Below are positions 7,276 to 17,204 of a stretch of 64,000 bases of DNA, one piece after another (position 1 is the first letter of the stretch; the number at the start of each line of letters is the position of its first letter). The notes below the pieces were generated by a model. That model was not told the origin of the DNA. It searched no databases and was given only the letters and a program-made list of their open reading frames with translations. The position numbers and the translations under genes were made by a program. This DNA comes from an uncultured virus (IMG/VR IMGVR_UViG_3300042898_001580) (taxonomy: Duplodnaviria; Heunggongvirae; Uroviricota; Caudoviricetes; Crassvirales), in the IMG/VR virus record IMGVR_UViG_3300042898_001580; one strand, given 5' to 3'.

Positions 7276-9336
7276 ATGAATAAAAGGTCAGAAATTCAAG
7301 CAGAAGCTGTTCAGGCTATAATTAAAAATGATTGGAGACACATTTATGTAATGTCCCCACGTTTCGGCAAGAGCAAAACATTTTTAGATTCTATAAAAGA
7401 TAAAGGTAATAGAAGTATAGCTATAACTGCTCCTTATAATTCTATTTTAGAAAGTTGGAAAATTGAGTTTGTAAAATGGCAATTAGAATTTGAACCTTTG
7501 CTTTTAAACCAAAGAAGTCTGGAAGAACTTCCTGAAAATATAGATTTACTTTGTTTAGATGAAATTCATACCCTTAGCCCAGCTCAGATACAAACTATTA
7601 AAAGAAAGAATCCAAAAAGAATTTTAGGTCTTACTGGAACTATTTCTCAGAAAAATAGAATTAAGTTGAGGCAGGAGTTAGGGCTTAAAGTAGTATTTGA
7701 ATTTTCAATAGAGCAAGCCATAGAACATGGAATTATATCTGACTATGAAATATTTATAAAAGAAGTTACATTGACTCCTGAAGAAAGAATAGCTTACAAT
7801 AAACTTACTAAAACTTTTGAATACTTTAAGATGCTATCATTCTCTGATGCTAAATATGTGCATGTAAAGAACAATGCTGCATTAAAAAGAGCTCAGTATA
7901 TCTATAGATTAGAAAGTAAATTAAAAGCAGCACAGAGCCTTATAAAGCCTTTAAAGAGAGTATTAGTATTTACTACACTAACTGAAGTAGCTGATAAACT
8001 CTGTAAACATTCTTATCATAGTAAATCTAAAGAAGATAGTTTAGAGTTATTTCAAAAGAAGAAAGTAAATAAACTAAGTTGCATTGGCATGTTGAGTATG
8101 GGTGAATAAAAATGCCCATGTAAAACCACTTAAATTGACGGGAATCCCCTTAGAGCTTTACACACTCCCTATAGCAGTAATGACTATAGTATAGTAAAAG
8201 AGGTAAAGATTGGACAATCCGCAGCCAAGACTCCCAATGGGAGTAAGGTTCAGAGACTAAACAGGTGGTTCTGTAAATGAAAATTTAAAATTAGAGGATT
8301 TCCGAGAGCCGTTAGCAAGCTCTCCAATGTAAGAACGGTTGATATTTAAAGCTATAGCGGCCTCTCCTACAGAATTATACTTAGTATATTTTGTACCAAG
8401 AATATGATATATAGGTTTATTACAAGCTTCTCTGGTTCTTTGCACACGTAAGGTAGAGTAACTATATTTTTGTTTATGTACTTTATAAGAATAATCTGTT
8501 TTTGGATCATATTCTTTTGTATACACATAAATAAATTTTTTAGCTGCTCTTTTATCTTGGGCAATATCAGAAATTCTCTCTCCCTTTTGTTTTGAGAATT
8601 TAGACGCTTGTGTTATAGAGTCAACTTGTTTTAAAAGATTTCCTTTTAAATCTAAAATAGTTATAGGTACTCCTACTTTTTTAATTTGGGAATCACTTAC
8701 TTTTTGTTTAAATTCTTCACCATAACTATATGTATAATAATCTTGCTCAACTAAAGCAGTATTTGTAAGTCTTTCTCCTGCATTGATATAGGAAATAATT
8801 AATTGTTTTTCTATTATTCCCGTGTTTCTTAGTAGTACTTTATTCCCTACTATTTTAGCACTCGTATCTATGTAAGAAAATAATAATTCAATTTTGGGAT
8901 TAATACCTTCTTGTAGAAGAAGATTTACCCATTTTGTTTTATAGTTTTTATTAGGAGTATACTTACTTTCACCAATGTGTTGAGACAATCTTTTATACAA
9001 AGGATTTATAGTTCTGCCTATGTAGCGAACTTTATTAGATTTTGGGCAGATTAAAGCATAAAAATAAACTAACATTTACAGAAAAGATATAGTCCGATCT
9101 TCGTAGAGATACGAAGCTAACATGAAATGGTTACATTTCCAAACTTAAAACAAGCAGTTGTACATCAAATACAATCTAATGAAGAGTTACAAGTACAGAA
9201 AATACTAAGGACTTGTAATCTTGAAGGAGATAAGAAAGCTCAGATTTATATTACAGTAGCTAAAGATACTCAAGATGAAGTTTGGTTAGCTAGTGCCCTT
9301 CAGGGGACAGATTCAAAACGTATAAAATACATCTAA
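7276..9336 (+). CDS. Superfamily 2 helicase, spliced: exons 7276-8103 and 9130-9336 (344 aa)
   Basis: Walker A SPRFGKS, DEIH, LTGT; joining the exons gives in-frame LSMG|VTFPNL (motif V-like) and QKILR (motif VI-like). Confidence 0.88.
8104..9129 (+). mobile_element. Group I self-splicing intron
   Basis: Exon ends in U pairing in P1 (ATGGGT/GCCCAT 8114-8119); P AAATTGACGGGAA 8132-8144, Q AATCCGCAGC 8216-8225, R GTTCAGAGACTA 8248-8259, S AAGATATAGTC 9084-9094; P9 with GAGA loop 9099-9116; terminal G. Confidence 0.92.
8257..9075 (-). CDS. Intron-encoded GIY-YIG homing endonuclease (antisense to host gene)
   Basis: VYFYAL...RYIGRT...RLSQH N-terminus; C-terminal NUMOD1/IENR1-like repeats (DSITQASK, NSVGEAAIAL). 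Confidence 0.88.
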   Translation of the reverse strand: MLVYFYALICPKSNKVRYIGRTINPLYKRLSQHIGESKYTPNKNYKTKWVNLLLQEGINPKIELLFSYIDTSAKIVGNKVLLRNTGIIEKQLIISYINAGERLTNTALVEQDYYTYSYGEEFKQKVSDSQIKKVGVPITILDLKGNLLKQVDSITQASKFSKQKGERISDIAQDKRAAKKFIYVYTKEYDPKTDYSYKVHKQKYSYSTLRVQRTREACNKPIYHILGTKYTKYNSVGEAAIALNINRSYIGELANGSRKSSNFKFSFTEPPV

Positions 9337-9337
9337 A

Positions 9338-9595
9338 ATGAACTTATACAAAACAAAGCTAACAATAGAAAGGCTTAAAGACGTAAAAGCAATTCTTAAA
9401 GAAGAATTAGGACATACTAAGTATAGTGATATTAATTATCGTACAGGTGTTTCAGTAACTCATTTACAAGTACTTAAACAAAGTGGGTTAATAACTAAAG
9501 ACAATGGTTATTATAAGTTTAAGAACATAAAGATAGATAAAGAACTTGCTGCAAAGGTTAATAAAGTATTGTATGACAAAAACATCTATAGCTAA
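9338..9595 (+). CDS. Hypothetical protein, possible winged HTH
   Basis: YSDINYRTGVS...LKQSGLITKDNGYY pattern. Confidence 0.6.
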   Translation: MNLYKTKLTIERLKDVKAILKEELGHTKYSDINYRTGVSVTHLQVLKQSGLITKDNGYYKFKNIKIDKELAAKVNKVLYDKNIYS

Positions 9596-9837
9596 TGAAA
9601 ACATTAACAGTAAAAAAGATATTTAGAGGTTGTATAGATATTCGTAGTTATGATGTAGAAGATGCTATTAAAAACAATACTACTTTACAAGTTAATGTAG
9701 TAGGTGAGAAAGGTGTATCTACTTATCCTCCTGAAGAATTGAAAGAGCCTGTATTTATAAGTAAGGATATGCCAAGTAAGTTTGGTAGAGATTATAAGTT
9801 ACATTCTTATACGTGGAAACCTGAATATGAATTTTAA
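9595..9837 (+). CDS. Hypothetical protein
   Basis: 80-aa ORF, TAATG coupling with upstream gene. Confidence 0.65.
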   Translation: MKTLTVKKIFRGCIDIRSYDVEDAIKNNTTLQVNVVGEKGVSTYPPEELKEPVFISKDMPSKFGRDYKLHSYTWKPEYEF

Positions 9838-9848
9838 AAACTAATAAT

Positions 9849-10337
9849 ATGAATGAATTTTTGCCCTACGAACAAGCAGTAGCTTTAAAGGAATTGGGTT
9901 TTGACGAACCTTGTTTTACTACCTATGATAATGAAGGAAGACTAAGAAATCCTTTTGACTATCCTAAAAGTGAATATGCGGATAATCTTCCTTATATAGA
10001 AGATACTAAAGAGTGGATTTATAATAGTGATTTGAACAATCCTGCAAATTTTCAGGCTGCGCATAATCCTACGTTGTTGAAATTCTTTTTAGATAATCCT
10101 TTTACTGCTGCACCACTTTGGCAACAAGCTTTTGATTGGTTTAGAGATAAACATTATTTACCAAGTTGTTTATTACCCTATATTTCAACTAAAAAAGATT
10201 GGGAAGAAGAGTTGATTTATATACCCAAAATCTATACCCTTGAAGGTATATTAACTTTAGAAATGGGTGTTTACGAAGAAGCTCAATTAGCTTGTTTAGT
10301 AAAATTAATAGAAATATGCAAAGAGAAGAAATCTTAG
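9849..10337 (+). CDS. Phage hypothetical protein
   Basis: EFLPYEQAVALKELGFDEPC...APLWQQAFDWFR...YEEAQLACL pattern common in Bacteroidetes phages. Confidence 0.75.
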   Translation: MNEFLPYEQAVALKELGFDEPCFTTYDNEGRLRNPFDYPKSEYADNLPYIEDTKEWIYNSDLNNPANFQAAHNPTLLKFFLDNPFTAAPLWQQAFDWFRDKHYLPSCLLPYISTKKDWEEELIYIPKIYTLEGILTLEMGVYEEAQLACLVKLIEICKEKKS

Positions 10338-10516
10338 CATTACATAGTTTAGCAAGTTTACGTAAACCAGAGATTACTAATAATGTGGAGTCTCTGGTTT
10401 TGTATTTCAGGACAGTATTTGATAAGGAAGTTACAGCAGAACAACTACAACAGGTGTTAGAACCTACAGTAGGAGAAGATGAAGAAGATTTAAGATTAAT
10501 TTATAATAGATTATGA
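10316..10516 (+). CDS. Hypothetical protein
   Basis: ATG at 10316 (MQREEIL); overlaps both neighbours. Confidence 0.55.
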   Translation: MQREEILALHSLASLRKPEITNNVESLVLYFRTVFDKEVTAEQLQQVLEPTVGEDEEDLRLIYNRL

Positions 10517-10938
10517 AGTATGAGACATTTGTAGGATTAAATGATGTATATAGAAGTTCTTTTAATTATGGTGCAAAAACAGGCCACATTAATGCAAGTA
10601 CTGTATTAAGGTTTGTTTGTGCCAAGAATAATGTTTCTATAGATACTCTAAAATCTTCTACAAGAAAGAGAGAGGTAGTACAGATAAGACAACAATATGT
10701 TTGGTTATTCAGAGCTTTATTAGTTAAGAAAGGTATTTCAGCTAAAATGCAACTTCCAGCAGGTAATGCTTTTGGAAGTAAAGTTTCAAGTAACAATGAA
10801 GTAATGAGGTTAATTGGTAAATCTCATTGTTTGGCTGACCATTCTTGGGAAGCGTATGAAAACTTATTTATTACTAATAAAGCATTGGAAACCAAGTCAA
10901 TAGAGTTGTTAGATGAATTAGATAAATTGATAGTATGA
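10513..10938 (+). CDS. Putative DnaA C-terminal-like DNA-binding protein
   Basis: NVSIDTLKSSTRKREVVQIRQ resembles the DnaA domain IV basic loop and helix. Confidence 0.55.
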   Translation: MKYETFVGLNDVYRSSFNYGAKTGHINASTVLRFVCAKNNVSIDTLKSSTRKREVVQIRQQYVWLFRALLVKKGISAKMQLPAGNAFGSKVSSNNEVMRLIGKSHCLADHSWEAYENLFITNKALETKSIELLDELDKLIV

Positions 10939-11138
10939 TTTGGATAGTAGGAGCAATTTTTGTATATTTGCTATGGAAAGAATGGCACTTTTGGATATAC
11001 GAAATAGGTAAAGATGAAGGTGGTATTTATGTTAAATATCTGAAAAGATACGACAAGATACCTAATGTATATGTAGGTTATAATATAGGTAAGTTCTATT
11101 TCAAGAATTTATTTAAAAAGAAAAAAGATTTATTTTGA
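10935..11138 (+). CDS. Small membrane-anchored protein
   Basis: N-terminal hydrophobic segment; ATGA coupling. Confidence 0.55.
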   Translation: MIWIVGAIFVYLLWKEWHFWIYEIGKDEGGIYVKYLKRYDKIPNVYVGYNIGKFYFKNLFKKKKDLF

Positions 11139-11446
11139 TGGAACAACAAATAATTGAGGGTAATAAATTAATCCTTCAATACGAGGGATTAAATCCTGAA
11201 ATAAAACACAGGGGAGTGTTGCCTGAATATCACGAAAGTTGGGATAGGCTAATGCCTGTTGTGCTAAAGATAATATTTGAGTGTTCAAGCAACTGTTATT
11301 TTTGGGCAAACGGATATTTAGCTAACAGTAATGGGAAATACGGCTTTGCTATGTTAGACGACCAAACCAATGGAACAGAAGCAACACACGAAACTCCTAT
11401 CTTAGCTGTATGGCAATGCGTTGTAAGTTATCTTAAAAGTAAGTAA
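11138..11446 (+). CDS. Phage hypothetical protein
   Basis: EGNKLI...YHESWDRLMPVVLKI pattern. Confidence 0.7.
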   Translation: MEQQIIEGNKLILQYEGLNPEIKHRGVLPEYHESWDRLMPVVLKIIFECSSNCYFWANGYLANSNGKYGFAMLDDQTNGTEATHETPILAVWQCVVSYLKSK

Positions 11447-11448
11447 AT

Positions 11449-11958
11449 ATGGACATATTACATAAAGTAAGAGACTTAGGAATAAGTCCTGATGACTATT
11501 CTTATCTCTTTTTGAGAGCTAACAATCAAGATACAGAAGGATATGTATTAGATTGGTCTAGTTCAAGATTAGAAGAAAAAGGGTATATAAAGGTACTTAC
11601 TGAAGGAATAATTCTTCGTGAAAAAGCTTTAGACCTATTCTTTGATAAAGGAGATAAGTTTGCTTTATTCTGGACTAAATATCCTATTAAAGTACCTAAT
11701 GGTAGAGGGCCAGGTTATAGAATACTTAAATCTAAAGGACTAGATACTAAAGAAGCTGAAGAATGCAGAAAAAAGTTTGAAAAGCTTCCTGCTGATAAAG
11801 ATACAGTAATAGCTGCTTTAGATAGAGAATTAGATTATAGGAGAGCTGGTAACAGTTTACCTTTTATGCAAGATGTAAAGACTTGGCTTAATCAGAGGAC
11901 TTATGAGAAGTATTTAGATGATATAGATATTGTAACCACTTTAGAAACTAGATTATAA
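11449..11958 (+). CDS. Putative replication initiator or helicase-associated protein
   Basis: FWTKYP and TWLNQRTYE motifs; coupled to the helicase gene. Confidence 0.6.
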   Translation: MDILHKVRDLGISPDDYSYLFLRANNQDTEGYVLDWSSSRLEEKGYIKVLTEGIILREKALDLFFDKGDKFALFWTKYPIKVPNGRGPGYRILKSKGLDTKEAEECRKKFEKLPADKDTVIAALDRELDYRRAGNSLPFMQDVKTWLNQRTYEKYLDDIDIVTTLETRL

Positions 11959-13079
11959 TGAAATTTGAGGAAGTAATAGCTAATTTACAGAAAAATAAAG
12001 AAATAAGACAGAGTGGTAAGTTACTCGGTATTCCTTGGGTAGATCTTCATAAATTAAACCAAGTAATTCCAGGTATACAAAAGGGTAGATATTATGGGGT
12101 AACAGCCAACCAAAAGGTGGGTAAAAGTATGCTTGCTAACTTTTTATTTGTTTATCAGCCTATTAAATATGCTATAAAAAATCCTCATATTAAATTGAAG
12201 ATAATTTATTTTTCTTTAGAGTTGAGTGAAGAAGAGTTAAAAAGACAAGTATTAAGCAACATTTTATCTACTAATCATAAAAAGTACATAGACCCACAAA
12301 ATCTTGCAAGTATGTTTAATGATTACATTATAGAGGATACTATATTTACTACATTAGATAAAGAAAAAGAGCATTTAGAATTTATAGACTCTACTTTAGA
12401 CATTGTAACAAATATACGTAACCCTTTTGGAATGTATAAATATGTAAGAAACTTTGCAAGAAGTAGGGGTAAGTTTTATCTGAGTGGTTTAGAAGTTAAT
12501 CCAGAATTAAATGGAGGGTTATTCGATAAATATGTACCTAATGATTTAGATGAGCATGTTATAATAGTCTGCGATCATATAGGTCTCCTTCAAAATGAGA
12601 AGGGAGAAGATAAGTATGCTACTATAGATAAATGGTCAGGAACATATTGTTTAATGATGCGTGATAGATACAATTATTCAGTAGTAGATGTACAACAACA
12701 AACAGCCCTTAGTGAGCAACAGCAGTTTACTCTGAAAGGAGAAACAATAGTAGCTAAACTAAGACCAAGTGCTGATTGTCTCGCTGATAATAAGTCCACT
12801 AGCAGGAATTTCAATTTATTATTTGGCTTATTTTCCCCTGCAAGGTATAATATAATGAAGTATCCTGATAATGTAGCAGAAAATCAAAAGTTTGATATAT
12901 CTATACTAAATGATAATTATAGAGAACTATCTATTTTATTAAATAGAAATGGAGTAAGTAATGCTAGTTTAGATTTATTATTTGATGGAGCTTGTTGTAC
13001 TTTTAAAGAACTGCCTTTACCTAATTCAGAGCTTTATGTTAACTTTAAAGAGTGGAAGAAAAGCCATGTATTAGTTTAA
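11958..13079 (+). CDS. dnaB: DnaB-like replicative helicase
   Basis: Walker A ANQKVGKS, YFSLELS, IIVCDHIGLL, VQQQ, LLNRNG. Confidence 0.85.
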   Translation: MKFEEVIANLQKNKEIRQSGKLLGIPWVDLHKLNQVIPGIQKGRYYGVTANQKVGKSMLANFLFVYQPIKYAIKNPHIKLKIIYFSLELSEEELKRQVLSNILSTNHKKYIDPQNLASMFNDYIIEDTIFTTLDKEKEHLEFIDSTLDIVTNIRNPFGMYKYVRNFARSRGKFYLSGLEVNPELNGGLFDKYVPNDLDEHVIIVCDHIGLLQNEKGEDKYATIDKWSGTYCLMMRDRYNYSVVDVQQQTALSEQQQFTLKGETIVAKLRPSADCLADNKSTSRNFNLLFGLFSPARYNIMKYPDNVAENQKFDISILNDNYRELSILLNRNGVSNASLDLLFDGACCTFKELPLPNSELYVNFKEWKKSHVLV

Positions 13080-13172
13080 CTTTAAACTTAAAAGAATGAA
13101 TAAATTTATTTCAGTAATGCAACGATATATTTTAGAAATTCTTTATTAATAACAAATAAATAACAATTAAAA

Positions 13173-13436
13173 ATGGAAGAACAAGAAGTAACAGAACAAC
13201 CAGTACAGGAAAAGGTAAAATTTGATCCAAGTTTGGATAAATTTACTAATGTAACCACACCTGAAAATCTATTACAGGCAGTAGATGTACTTAACACTAC
13301 GTTAGGTATTAAACTTAAGTATTGGGTGAAAGATGGTAAAGGTAACAATCAGTTAGTAGAAACATCTATTTGGACAGATGAAGAGATTCAATTTCTTAAA
13401 GGTAAATTAATTAACTTTGTAAACTTTATTCAATAA
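13173..13436 (+). CDS. Hypothetical protein
   Basis: 87-aa ORF with A-rich leader. Confidence 0.65.
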   Translation: MEEQEVTEQPVQEKVKFDPSLDKFTNVTTPENLLQAVDVLNTTLGIKLKYWVKDGKGNNQLVETSIWTDEEIQFLKGKLINFVNFIQ

Positions 13437-13819
13437 TGGATGTTAAACTAGCTGTGGCAGAGAAATTGGCTACGCAATCAGAAGTAATCAAAGACTCTTT
13501 AATAAGCCATTTTGTAAATCAAGAAATAGATCGTAGGTCTAATATTCTTATTAAGGCAGTAGGTGCTATGGATAATTTACAAAAAGAAATAAAAAAAGAA
13601 GATAAGCCTGATTCTGTGTTAGTTAATCCAGATGGTTCTAAAGTTTCTCAATATTCTGAAAAAAAGTTTCAAGCTGTTGCGGGGTTAAAATCTAAATTAG
13701 AACAACTACAAAAAGTATTTGAAGATTGTTTGGCTAATAACTTACAACAAGATTATGATAAACTATCAGGACTTACTTCAGGAGGTAAACAAGAGAACCC
13801 ACCAACAAGTAATAATTAA
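13436..13819 (+). CDS. Hypothetical protein
   Basis: 127-aa ORF, TAATG coupling. Confidence 0.65.
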   Translation: MDVKLAVAEKLATQSEVIKDSLISHFVNQEIDRRSNILIKAVGAMDNLQKEIKKEDKPDSVLVNPDGSKVSQYSEKKFQAVAGLKSKLEQLQKVFEDCLANNLQQDYDKLSGLTSGGKQENPPTSNN

Positions 13820-14051
13820 TTTATTTAACCATCAACTTAAAAATCATAATTCTTTTTGTGGTTGTAATTATTGTCAAAAGCTTAGAGAGTATGTAGAATA
13901 TAAAAAATCTTTACAAAGACTTAAAAGCCAAGATGATTATTACTATGACATAAGGTCATATAATGATTTTAAAGATAGTTTAGATAAATTTAAAGTAAAA
14001 GTATTAACATTAAAATATGAAAAAGATAAATTAAAAACATGGCAAATTTAA
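13755..14051 (+). CDS. Hypothetical protein with HxxxCxCxxC motif
   Basis: ATG 13755; HNSFCGCNYC; overlaps upstream gene. Confidence 0.5.
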   Translation: MINYQDLLQEVNKRTHQQVIINLFNHQLKNHNSFCGCNYCQKLREYVEYKKSLQRLKSQDDYYYDIRSYNDFKDSLDKFKVKVLTLKYEKDKLKTWQI

Positions 14052-14076
14052 TTAACCCTGTAAAATATATTCAATA

Positions 14077-14781
14077 ATGAGTAATCTTATCGCAATTGTC
14101 GGTACTTCAGGTGAAGGTAAAAGTACATCTATATTTCCTTCAGAAGAAGCAGGTATTAAAGGTTTAAACCCTGCTGAAACACTTTACATTAATGTTTCTA
14201 ATAAACCAATTCCTGCAAGAGGAGCTAATAAGATGTACCCAAAAGATAAGAAAATATCTGAAGGAGGTAATTACTTTCAAAGCTCTAATGCAGAAGAAAT
14301 AAGTAAGCTTATAGATTATGTAGCAACCAGTAGGAAAGACATAAAGAACATTGTGTGTGATGACATGGGATTCATAATGAGCTTTGAGATGATGAATAAA
14401 GCTTTGGAGAAAGGTTTTGATAAGTGGTCTATTATGGCTTCTAAAATGTGGAAACTTATAGACAAGCTCCGTAATCTTTCAGATGATTTATATGTGTTTT
14501 GTATTTTTCATACAGAGCGTGGAGAAGACATGAAAATGAAGATCCGCACATCAGGCAAACTTTTAGACAACTCTATTTATCTTGATGGTTTATTTACTTT
14601 TATTCTTTACACTAAGCCTATTGTAGAGGATTTTAAGACACAAAAAGTAAAGTATCAATTTATGACTCAATCTGATGGGGAAAGTACTTGTAAATCGCCC
14701 ATAGGCTGTTTTCCAGAGAAGTACATTTCAAACGATCTAGGAGTAGTTAAAGATACAATTTATAAATACTACAATGAATAA
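14077..14781 (+). CDS. AAA ATPase (Sak4/AAA_24-like)
   Basis: GTSGEGKSTS Walker A, IVCDD Walker B, TCKSPIG. Confidence 0.85.
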   Translation: MSNLIAIVGTSGEGKSTSIFPSEEAGIKGLNPAETLYINVSNKPIPARGANKMYPKDKKISEGGNYFQSSNAEEISKLIDYVATSRKDIKNIVCDDMGFIMSFEMMNKALEKGFDKWSIMASKMWKLIDKLRNLSDDLYVFCIFHTERGEDMKMKIRTSGKLLDNSIYLDGLFTFILYTKPIVEDFKTQKVKYQFMTQSDGESTCKSPIGCFPEKYISNDLGVVKDTIYKYYNE

Positions 14782-14987
14782 TGGGATTAACATTAAGATT
14801 TGGTACTAGTAGATGGCAATTTTGTATTATATCAATAGTTTTAACAGCTTATAAGTTTCACTTTAATCTATTAGAATTAGATATAGCTTCAAAAGAAGAG
14901 CCAATATCATTATTAACAATAATAAAAAATAGTACTTACACAAGAATAGAATTTTTTAAATATAACAAAACAATTAAAAACAAATAA
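14781..14987 (+). CDS. Hypothetical protein
   Basis: 68-aa ORF, TAATG coupling. Confidence 0.5.
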   Translation: MGLTLRFGTSRWQFCIISIVLTAYKFHFNLLELDIASKEEPISLLTIIKNSTYTRIEFFKYNKTIKNK

Positions 14988-14990
14988 CAA

Positions 14991-15533
14991 ATGAGCAAAG
15001 TTTTAGATTTTAGCACAGCAACAGAAGCAGTAGCTTCACAAGGTTCAACTTTAGTACGTCCAGGTACTATTGACAAGTTTACAGTAGAAAAATTAGAGAT
15101 TAAATCAGTAGGTGAAGGTGATAATGCTAAAGATGTAGCAAATGTTACATTTACTTCAGCAAGTGGTAATCTTCGTGAGTCATTCTTTATTACTCAAGCT
15201 GCTTTACCTCGTATTAAACATTTACTAAGCCAATTCCTTCGTAAGCCTTTTGAAACACAAATGTCTTATGACCAACTTGTAGCTACTCTTAATGGTCTTG
15301 TAAATACTTCAGCATATCTTCGTGTTACAGGTAAACTAAATACAGATAAAGGTACTGTATATCCTAACCTACCTTATGGTGGTTTTGCTGCACAGTCTGC
15401 TGAAGAACTTTCTTGGACTCCAAAAGAGCAAGCACAACTTGTAGAACTACAACAAGTGTTTGATAACTACAAACCTAAGAAAGAAGGAGAAGAAACAGCT
15501 ACTCCTGTAGATTCTGCTGCATCACCATTTTAA
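14991..15533 (+). CDS. Putative single-stranded DNA-binding protein
   Basis: Lies near the AAA ATPase; acidic flexible tail ending in PF; followed by a strong terminator. Confidence 0.65.
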   Translation: MSKVLDFSTATEAVASQGSTLVRPGTIDKFTVEKLEIKSVGEGDNAKDVANVTFTSASGNLRESFFITQAALPRIKHLLSQFLRKPFETQMSYDQLVATLNGLVNTSAYLRVTGKLNTDKGTVYPNLPYGGFAAQSAEELSWTPKEQAQLVELQQVFDNYKPKKEGEETATPVDSAASPF

Positions 15534-15550
15534 TTAACTTAACCCAAATC

Positions 15551-15581
15551 AGGGGTATGGAGAAATCTGTACCCCTTTTTT
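15551..15581 (+). terminator. Rho-independent terminator
   Basis: AGGGGTATGGA-GAAA-TCTGTACCCCT stem-loop followed by T tract. Confidence 0.85.
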
Positions 15582-15592
15582 ATTTTAAAAAC

Positions 15593-15817
15593 ATGACACA
15601 AAAAGAAAGATTAGATGATTTTGCTGGAAAAGCATTACAAGGTATTTTATCAAGCCCTAAGATGTTAGAGTATGTAATAGATAAATCAGGACTAAAATTA
15701 CAAGATTTTGATGATTACGATTGTTATAGAGGTACTGCTGTAGCTAACTTTTGTTATCAAATGGCGCATTGGTTAAATGAAGAAGCTAACCAACCAATAA
15801 ATAACCCTAAAGGTTAA
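15593..15817 (+). CDS. Phage hypothetical protein (distant paralog of 745-993)
   Basis: LDDFAGKALQGIL...CYQMA; ATG 15593 lies after the terminator. Confidence 0.65.
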   Translation: MTQKERLDDFAGKALQGILSSPKMLEYVIDKSGLKLQDFDDYDCYRGTAVANFCYQMAHWLNEEANQPINNPKG

Positions 15818-15820
15818 TAA

Positions 15821-16804
15821 ATGTTCATATTCAAGGAAGAACTAACAAGAGAGAATGTATTTAGCAGAGTAACAGAATATGATATATTCTTGAATTACTT
15901 TGGTAGATTTGTATTAGATAGAAAGTATAGAAGTCCTTGGAGAAGAGATACAGACCCTAGTTTTGTTATTACAAATACACAAAGTGGATTGAGATGTAAG
16001 GATTTTGGAGATGGCCCACAAATGGATTGTGTAAACTTTGTAATGAAACTATTAGGATTAAATTATTATCAAGCCTTAGCCCAAATTAATGTTGATTTTA
16101 ATTTAGGATTAGCAGGAGAACCACCTTTAAGAATGATAAAGGAACCTATCATTACTGGAACAAGGATTTCTCCTGCTCCTAAATTACCTGTATCCATTGA
16201 AGTAACTACTCGTATGTTTAATCAACAGGATATAGATTTTTGGAGTCAATACTTAATTACAATAGGAGAGTTAGAAGATACTCTACCAATACAACAATGT
16301 TTGATTGATGGGTACATATATTACAATTATCTTCCTAAGTATAATAACGTGGCTTACTGTTATTATTTTGATGATAAAAAGAAGATATATATACCAAAGG
16401 CTACTAAGTATAATAAGTGGCGTATGAATTGGAATAGCAGTTGTATTGATGGGTATAATAAACTACCTGAAAAGGGTGATTTGCTGATAATAACAAGCTC
16501 TAGGAAAGATAGAATAATATTAAGTAAGTTAGGATATGTAAGTATTGCCCCACCTTCAGAGAATACATACATAAAAGATGAAGTAATTACAGAACTAAAA
16601 CAAAGGTTTACTAAAGTATTGCTTTACTTGAATAATGATGAAGAGGGAATTAAGTTTGCCAAAAGACAGTCAGAGGAATATGAAATAGATTATATACACA
16701 ATGAAACAGGCGAACCTAAAGACCCTTCAGATTTAGTAAAGAAATACAAAGAAGAAGGATTTGAAATGATAAATAACTTGATAAATGAAAGTATTAGTAA
16801 ATAA
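15821..16804 (+). CDS. DNA primase (DnaG-like, Toprim)
   Basis: SPWRRDTDPSF...KDFG N-terminal domain; IITSSRKD, YLNNDEEG, KDPSD. Confidence 0.85.
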   Translation: MFIFKEELTRENVFSRVTEYDIFLNYFGRFVLDRKYRSPWRRDTDPSFVITNTQSGLRCKDFGDGPQMDCVNFVMKLLGLNYYQALAQINVDFNLGLAGEPPLRMIKEPIITGTRISPAPKLPVSIEVTTRMFNQQDIDFWSQYLITIGELEDTLPIQQCLIDGYIYYNYLPKYNNVAYCYYFDDKKKIYIPKATKYNKWRMNWNSSCIDGYNKLPEKGDLLIITSSRKDRIILSKLGYVSIAPPSENTYIKDEVITELKQRFTKVLLYLNNDEEGIKFAKRQSEEYEIDYIHNETGEPKDPSDLVKKYKEEGFEMINNLINESISK

Positions 16805-17204
16805 AGACTACATAGATTTATCTTTAGTCAGTTCTATAAGTACGTTACATAAAACTAATAGATTAAAAGGGTACAAAGGTAAAATAGGTTTTGTAATTGA
16901 TAGTAAACAATATTATATAGAAAATATTAAAGATGTAGATTATTATACTTCTTTTACTATCAATTACCTTACTGGTTCTTCATACACTGTTCAAATTTTT
17001 CCAATTGACATTGATTTTAGAAGTATAAGAAAAGCTATAGACAACAAAGAAAATTTTGTACAAGCCTTTGAAAACTATTGGGAAGATACTTATACTAAGC
17101 AAATGAAAGAGCAAGATAAGAAGATAGAAGAAGAATACAATAAGCTTATAGAAATGTGGAGTAATGCTAAACCTTCTGATATAATTAAATTTAATTTTGA
17201 ATAG
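16785..17204 (+). CDS. Hypothetical protein
   Basis: 139-aa ORF in operon. Confidence 0.6.
   Translation: MKVLVNKDYIDLSLVSSISTLHKTNRLKGYKGKIGFVIDSKQYYIENIKDVDYYTSFTINYLTGSSYTVQIFPIDIDFRSIRKAIDNKENFVQAFENYWEDTYTKQMKEQDKKIEEEYNKLIEMWSNAKPSDIIKFNFE

Noticed and set aside
9127..9336. Stand-alone 69-aa ORF
   Set aside because: It is helicase exon 2; the apparent ATG ends in the intron's terminal G.
15557..15592. Track start MEKSVPLF for the 86-aa ORF
   Set aside because: That ATG is inside the terminator stem; ATG 15593 is more plausible.
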